32,164 nt of DNA from Acidimicrobiales bacterium. GTDB taxonomy: Bacteria; Actinomycetota; Acidimicrobiia; Acidimicrobiales; SHLQ01. The position numbers were made by a program, and so were the translations under genes. The stretch lies in the NCBI GenBank assembly GCA_013002375.1, contig JABDJW010000252.1:1-32164 (forward strand), written 5' to 3'. Shown here in pieces: positions 26,973 to 32,164 of the stretch. How positions within the stretch are numbered: position 1 is the stretch's first letter; every line of letters starts with the position of its first letter. A model generated the notes under the pieces. The model worked only from the letters and a program-made list of their open reading frames with translations. It searched no databases and was not told where the DNA came from.

Positions 26973-28523
26973 TCATGAGGATCGGCTCGGGACGATGCGG
27001 TTCAGGAGCTGGTCGAGTCCGAAGAACTCGCGGCGGCCGATCGCCCATCCCGCGGTCAGGAGCCCGGCGACAACGGTGGCCATGATGGCGATGACGAAGC
27101 TGGGATCGGTGGCCAGGTGGGCGACCGCGGCGACGGCACCGAAGGCCACGCTGGTGATCAGGATCGCCTCGATCGTCGCACTGCCGAACGGCTGCAGACC
27201 GGTCGAGCGCCTCACCTGCACGTAGGGACCGAGGTTGGTCACCATGATCGACGCCACCCAGGCCACGGCTGCGCCCTCCAGGCCCCACTGGGGTACCAGC
27301 ACGAGATTCAACACGATGTTCACCACCAGTGCGCTGGTGTGCATGGCCAAGTTGTGTGAGGTCTGGCCCGACATCACCAGCACTGATTCGACCGGACCGA
27401 CCGCGGTCGACACGAGCCGGCCCAAGGACAAAATGGTGAGCGCGGCGGCACCCTCGCCGTACTCCGCACCGAAGACCGCAACGGTGAGTGGTTCGGCGAA
27501 GAACGCGGTGGTCAGGTAGATCGGGAAGGCCAACAGCACGAGCCACGATGTGGCGGTCTGGTAGATCTGGCGGCCTCGTACCAGGTCCCGGGATGCGAAG
27601 GCCTCGGCCATCTGTGGCCCCGTCACCTCGACGATCGCTTGGTTGACCATGGCCGCCAGCTTCACGAGCCGGGTGACGACCGAATAGATCGCCGCTTCGC
27701 GCAGACCGAGCAAGATCGCGATGAGGATCGTGTCCTGCCAGCGAACCACCGCCCGCAGGATTTCGACGCCGCCTTGGGGAGCCGTGAAACGCCAGAACTC
27801 GCGACCCTCGACCGGGTCGGTCCATCGGTCCTTGCTCCGGCCACCGGTGCGGTCGAGTTCGCGCCGGTAGAGCCGCCGCGACACGATGGCGCCCATCACG
27901 GCCGGCACGACGTAGGCCGCCATCCAGGCTGCTGCGATCAGCGCGGTGTTCCTGGTGAAGGCCAACGCGATCGCCACCGCGGCGAGCTGGGCCAGGGGGC
28001 GGCCGATGCCGTTGTAGAGCGCGGTGGGTCGGATGACGCCGAAGCCTCGGGTCGTGGCCATCAGCGCGATGGCCAAGGCGGCGACCGGCAGGAACGGGCC
28101 CGCGCCGCGCAGCGCATCGGTGAGGCCATCCATCGAGGCCGAGCTGCTCTGCTTCGAAAGAAGGTCGGCCAGCTGAGGAGCGGCCAGGACCATGAGCAAC
28201 GACAAGCCGAAACCGACGAGGAAGACCGGTACCAGTCCGGTGCGCAGGAGTTGGGGAACGACCGCGACCCGGCCCTCGACCCGAAGCTGGCTGATGTGGC
28301 GCACCATGCCGGCGCCGACGCCGAAGATGGCCACCTGCATCAAGATGTTGAAGAACGCCACCGCAACATTGACCGCTCCGACGCTCTCCGCCGACAGATA
28401 CTCGGTGATCAGCTTCAGTACGACCAGCGCACTGGCGGCGGTCACCACCGAGCCGACAAACGACAATGCGCTCTGCCGGCCGAGGCGCCGCACCGATGCA
28501 GCTTCTGGAGTTTGCGGATTCAC
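26973..28523 (-). CDS. Polysaccharide flippase (Wzx / MOP superfamily)
   Basis: More than 12 hydrophobic segments; AAIYSVV, VFGAEY, LVMSGQ and LNLVLVPQWGLEGAAVA; probable GTG start at 28523. Confidence 0.88.
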   Translation of the reverse strand: MNPQTPEAASVRRLGRQSALSFVGSVVTAASALVVLKLITEYLSAESVGAVNVAVAFFNILMQVAIFGVGAGMVRHISQLRVEGRVAVVPQLLRTGLVPVFLVGFGLSLLMVLAAPQLADLLSKQSSSASMDGLTDALRGAGPFLPVAALAIALMATTRGFGVIRPTALYNGIGRPLAQLAAVAIALAFTRNTALIAAAWMAAYVVPAVMGAIVSRRLYRRELDRTGGRSKDRWTDPVEGREFWRFTAPQGGVEILRAVVRWQDTILIAILLGLREAAIYSVVTRLVKLAAMVNQAIVEVTGPQMAEAFASRDLVRGRQIYQTATSWLVLLAFPIYLTTAFFAEPLTVAVFGAEYGEGAAALTILSLGRLVSTAVGPVESVLVMSGQTSHNLAMHTSALVVNIVLNLVLVPQWGLEGAAVAWVASIMVTNLGPYVQVRRSTGLQPFGSATIEAILITSVAFGAVAAVAHLATDPSFVIAIMATVVAGLLTAGWAIGRREFFGLDQLLNRIVPSRSS

Positions 28524-28531
28524 GGGTTCCA

Positions 28532-28557
28532 GTCGGCGGGTAGTACGCGTTTGCGAG
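28532..28557 (-). promoter_or_regulatory. Putative FliA/WhiG-type promoter of the flippase
   Basis: Minus strand CTCG-N16-GCCGAC followed by TGGAACCC-GTG, nearly the same as the element at 3193-3230. Confidence 0.4.
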
Positions 28558-28614
28558 CATCGCAAGTGTAGGTCCGGCGGTTGCTACGGTCTTGGGCGCG
28601 ATGAGGATATCCAT

Positions 28615-29403
28615 ATGCGGGTGCTGATCTTGGGCGAGCCCAAGTCGGGTACGACCGCCCTGTTCCAGTCGGTCGTCGATCATCTCGGTACGCCGGAGGT
28701 TCGGTTCGAGCCCGAGGACCTCCGGACCGAGGATCTCGCCCCCCCGACGTTGGTCGTGAAGAAGCTCATGACCAGCTTTCAGTTCGGTGAGGCCGACCTC
28801 TTCGATCGGTTCGATCTCCGGCTGCTCCTCGTCCGCGACCCTCGCGACCGGTTGGTCTCGTCGCTGTTGTTCGACATTTCGGGCCGCAACGTCACCGTGC
28901 GAACCGCGTTCATCGACAACTTCGTGCAACTCCTGCGCGAGAAGGAGGCCGACCCGCGCAGCACGCCGCTGATCAAGCTGCTCGATGCCTATTTTCATGC
29001 CACCCGCATCGATCTGCTCTCGGCGTTCGCTCGCTCGAACCACCGCCACCTGCAGGTGCTGCACAACTTCGCCGATCGGTTTCAGCTCGTTCGGTACGAG
29101 GACATGGTCCGCGACGGAATGGCCAGGTTGGGCGGGCAGTTCGGCATGCCGGGGCTGGCCGAGCCGGTGATCACCGGTGATCTCACCCGGGTGCAGCGCA
29201 ACCAGACCTCGGGCGACTGGCGGCACTGGTGTGGCCATGCCGACCTCTGGGTTCTGCGGCCGATGTGCACCAACCTGCTCGATGCCTTGGGCTACGCCGT
29301 CGACTGGGATCTCGCCGAGCAACCGACGATCGACCCGGCCACGGCCTCGGCGTACGTACTCGATCTCATCGAACGCCGGCGCCTCGAACTCACCGGGGAG
29401 TGA
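28615..29403 (+). CDS. Sulfotransferase-like P-loop protein
   Basis: RBS GAGGA; LILGEPKSGTTAL, LVRDPRDRLVS, VRYED, GDWRHW and ALGY. Confidence 0.82.
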   Translation: MRVLILGEPKSGTTALFQSVVDHLGTPEVRFEPEDLRTEDLAPPTLVVKKLMTSFQFGEADLFDRFDLRLLLVRDPRDRLVSSLLFDISGRNVTVRTAFIDNFVQLLREKEADPRSTPLIKLLDAYFHATRIDLLSAFARSNHRHLQVLHNFADRFQLVRYEDMVRDGMARLGGQFGMPGLAEPVITGDLTRVQRNQTSGDWRHWCGHADLWVLRPMCTNLLDALGYAVDWDLAEQPTIDPATASAYVLDLIERRRLELTGE

Positions 29404-29421
29404 GCGCTTGACCGAGCGACA

Positions 29422-30441
29422 CTAACCGGCGACGGCGGCGACCCGCTCGAGCAGATGGTCGGTGGCGGCCCGCAGTGGTGCCGAAGCCGCAGTTGCCGCG
29501 ACGGGGTCGAGGGCGGCGACCGCCTGGGACGCGAACTCCTGGGCGACGGCCAGCGAGGCTTCGACCGCGCCGCTCGCTCGAACGAGTGCACGGGCTTCGT
29601 CGCGGGTCCGCAGATCGATCACCGGGGGTGTGCCGCCGAACTCGGCCTCGCGGGTGAGGAGCTGGCGGAGGCGGGGGCCGGCTTCGGTCTCCAGAGCGCG
29701 CAGCACCGGGAGGGTGAACACCCCTTCGACCACGTCATTGCCGGCCGGCTTGCCGAGCTGTTCGTCGGTGGCGGTGATGTCGAGGATGTCGTCGACCACC
29801 TGGAAGGCCATGCCGTAGCTGTGCCCGAAGGTGGTGAGCGTATCGATCAGGTCGCGGGGGAGGTCGGCCACGATGCCGCCGATCCGGCACGAGGTCGCCA
29901 GCAGCGATGCGGTCTTGCCGTCGATGGAGACGAGGTAGTCGGCTTCGGTGCGATCGATGTTGTAGGTGTCCTGGAGTTCACGCACCTGACCCTCGCACAG
30001 CCGAGCGATGGTGTTGGCCAGCAGGCCGGCGACCTCGGTGCCGAGCGATGCCGCGATTTCGGACGCGCGAGCCAGCAGGTAGTCGCCGGCCAGGATGGCC
30101 CGCAGGTTGTTCCACCGGGCGTTGACCGAATCGGCGCCCCGCCGGGTGGCGGCCTCGTCCATGACGTCGTCGTGGTACAGCGAGCCGAGGTGCACGAGCT
30201 CACAGGCGACGCCGCCCATCACCGCCTCGATCGGGACCGGTTGTTCGCTGACGTGGACGGCGAGGGCCGCGGCCATGCTGAAACCGGGACGCACCCGTTT
30301 GCCGCCCGCCAGGATGAGATGCCCCGCGACCTCGGTCAGAAACGGGTCGTCGGTGCGGACCGAAGCGCGAAGTTCTTCCTCGACTTGGCTGAGCCCGGCC
30401 GCGAGATTGGGGAAGGCCAGCAGTGGGTTTCCCGAACTCAT
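29422..30441 (-). CDS. trans-polyprenyl diphosphate synthase (HepT/GrcC-like)
   Basis: GGKRVRP, FARM SLYHDDVMD, RRG, KTA, SARM FQVVDDILD and GKPAGND; TACGCT -10 7 nt upstream of ATG 30441. Confidence 0.93.
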   Translation of the reverse strand: MSSGNPLLAFPNLAAGLSQVEEELRASVRTDDPFLTEVAGHLILAGGKRVRPGFSMAAALAVHVSEQPVPIEAVMGGVACELVHLGSLYHDDVMDEAATRRGADSVNARWNNLRAILAGDYLLARASEIAASLGTEVAGLLANTIARLCEGQVRELQDTYNIDRTEADYLVSIDGKTASLLATSCRIGGIVADLPRDLIDTLTTFGHSYGMAFQVVDDILDITATDEQLGKPAGNDVVEGVFTLPVLRALETEAGPRLRQLLTREAEFGGTPPVIDLRTRDEARALVRASGAVEASLAVAQEFASQAVAALDPVAATAASAPLRAATDHLLERVAAVAG

Positions 30442-30637
30442 GATGCAAAGCGTATGGGCAGAGAATGCGCCGCGGGAAACCCAGGACGCCTGGATTATTT
30501 TCCCGATTCGAACGCCCACCGTGCTCGGGCGAGCATTTTCCGTGCTCGCGCCCAGCTTTTGCAGCACTTTTGTCGAGGAATATTCTGCCGATGGGAACGG
30601 GCGATGGTTCGACCGATTCTCTGGGGCGCGACGCCGA

Positions 30638-30672
30638 TAGACTGCACCCACGAAACTCCAGCCCCATGGAGG
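30638..30672 (+). promoter_or_regulatory. Putative -10 element and RBS of clpC
   Basis: TAGACT at 30638-30643 and GGAGG at 30668-30672 before GTG 30680. Confidence 0.5.
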
Positions 30673-30679
30673 CAATGAC

Positions 30680-32164
<1,485 letters not shown>

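Noticed and set aside
26901-26978. Short + strand ORF MPVSILVVATR... in the flippase-sulfotransferase spacer
   Set aside because: No SD, -10 spacing is wrong for a leaderless start, and it has no protein-like features.
30442-30679. SigR promoter or HspR/ClgR operator upstream of clpC
   Set aside because: GGAAT (30577) and GGAAC (30594) have no GTT at 18-19 nt; no HAIR or convincing ClgR palindrome was found.

Overview
High-GC actinobacterial DNA; gene content and order suggest an Acidimicrobiia-like organism, which is an inference. The backbone is the conserved actinobacterial supercluster DUF2342 metalloprotease-tilS-hpt-ftsH-folE-folP-folB-folK-panG(DUF2520)-panC-nadC-coaX-lysS ... clpC. 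It is preceded by an accessory block: USP, ferredoxin-MBL hydrolase, DrrAB-type ABC exporter, acyl-CoA dehydrogenase, sterol-desaturase-family enzyme, methyltransferase, sigR/sigH-rsrA and a secreted alpha/beta hydrolase. No rRNA, tRNA, CRISPR array or transposase was seen. Best leads: (1) a PTP/DSP-fold protein lacking the catalytic Cys, inserted in the fol operon and coupled to folB, a candidate for the unassigned dihydroneopterin dephosphorylation step; (2) a FolK-PanG fusion; (3) a 50-aa Cys/His microprotein convergent on rsrA with its own SigR-type promoter, next to four GGGGTC(A/T)GACCCC-type palindromes; (4) an unannotated 45-aa membrane protein heading the tilS-hpt block; (5) a sulfotransferase-flippase-sulfotransferase module coupled to an M28 peptidase/EEP fusion lipoprotein, located where lsr2 usually sits; (6) widespread leaderless-type promoters and three FliA/WhiG-like promoter motifs. 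All calls come from motif recognition by eye; no searches were run.
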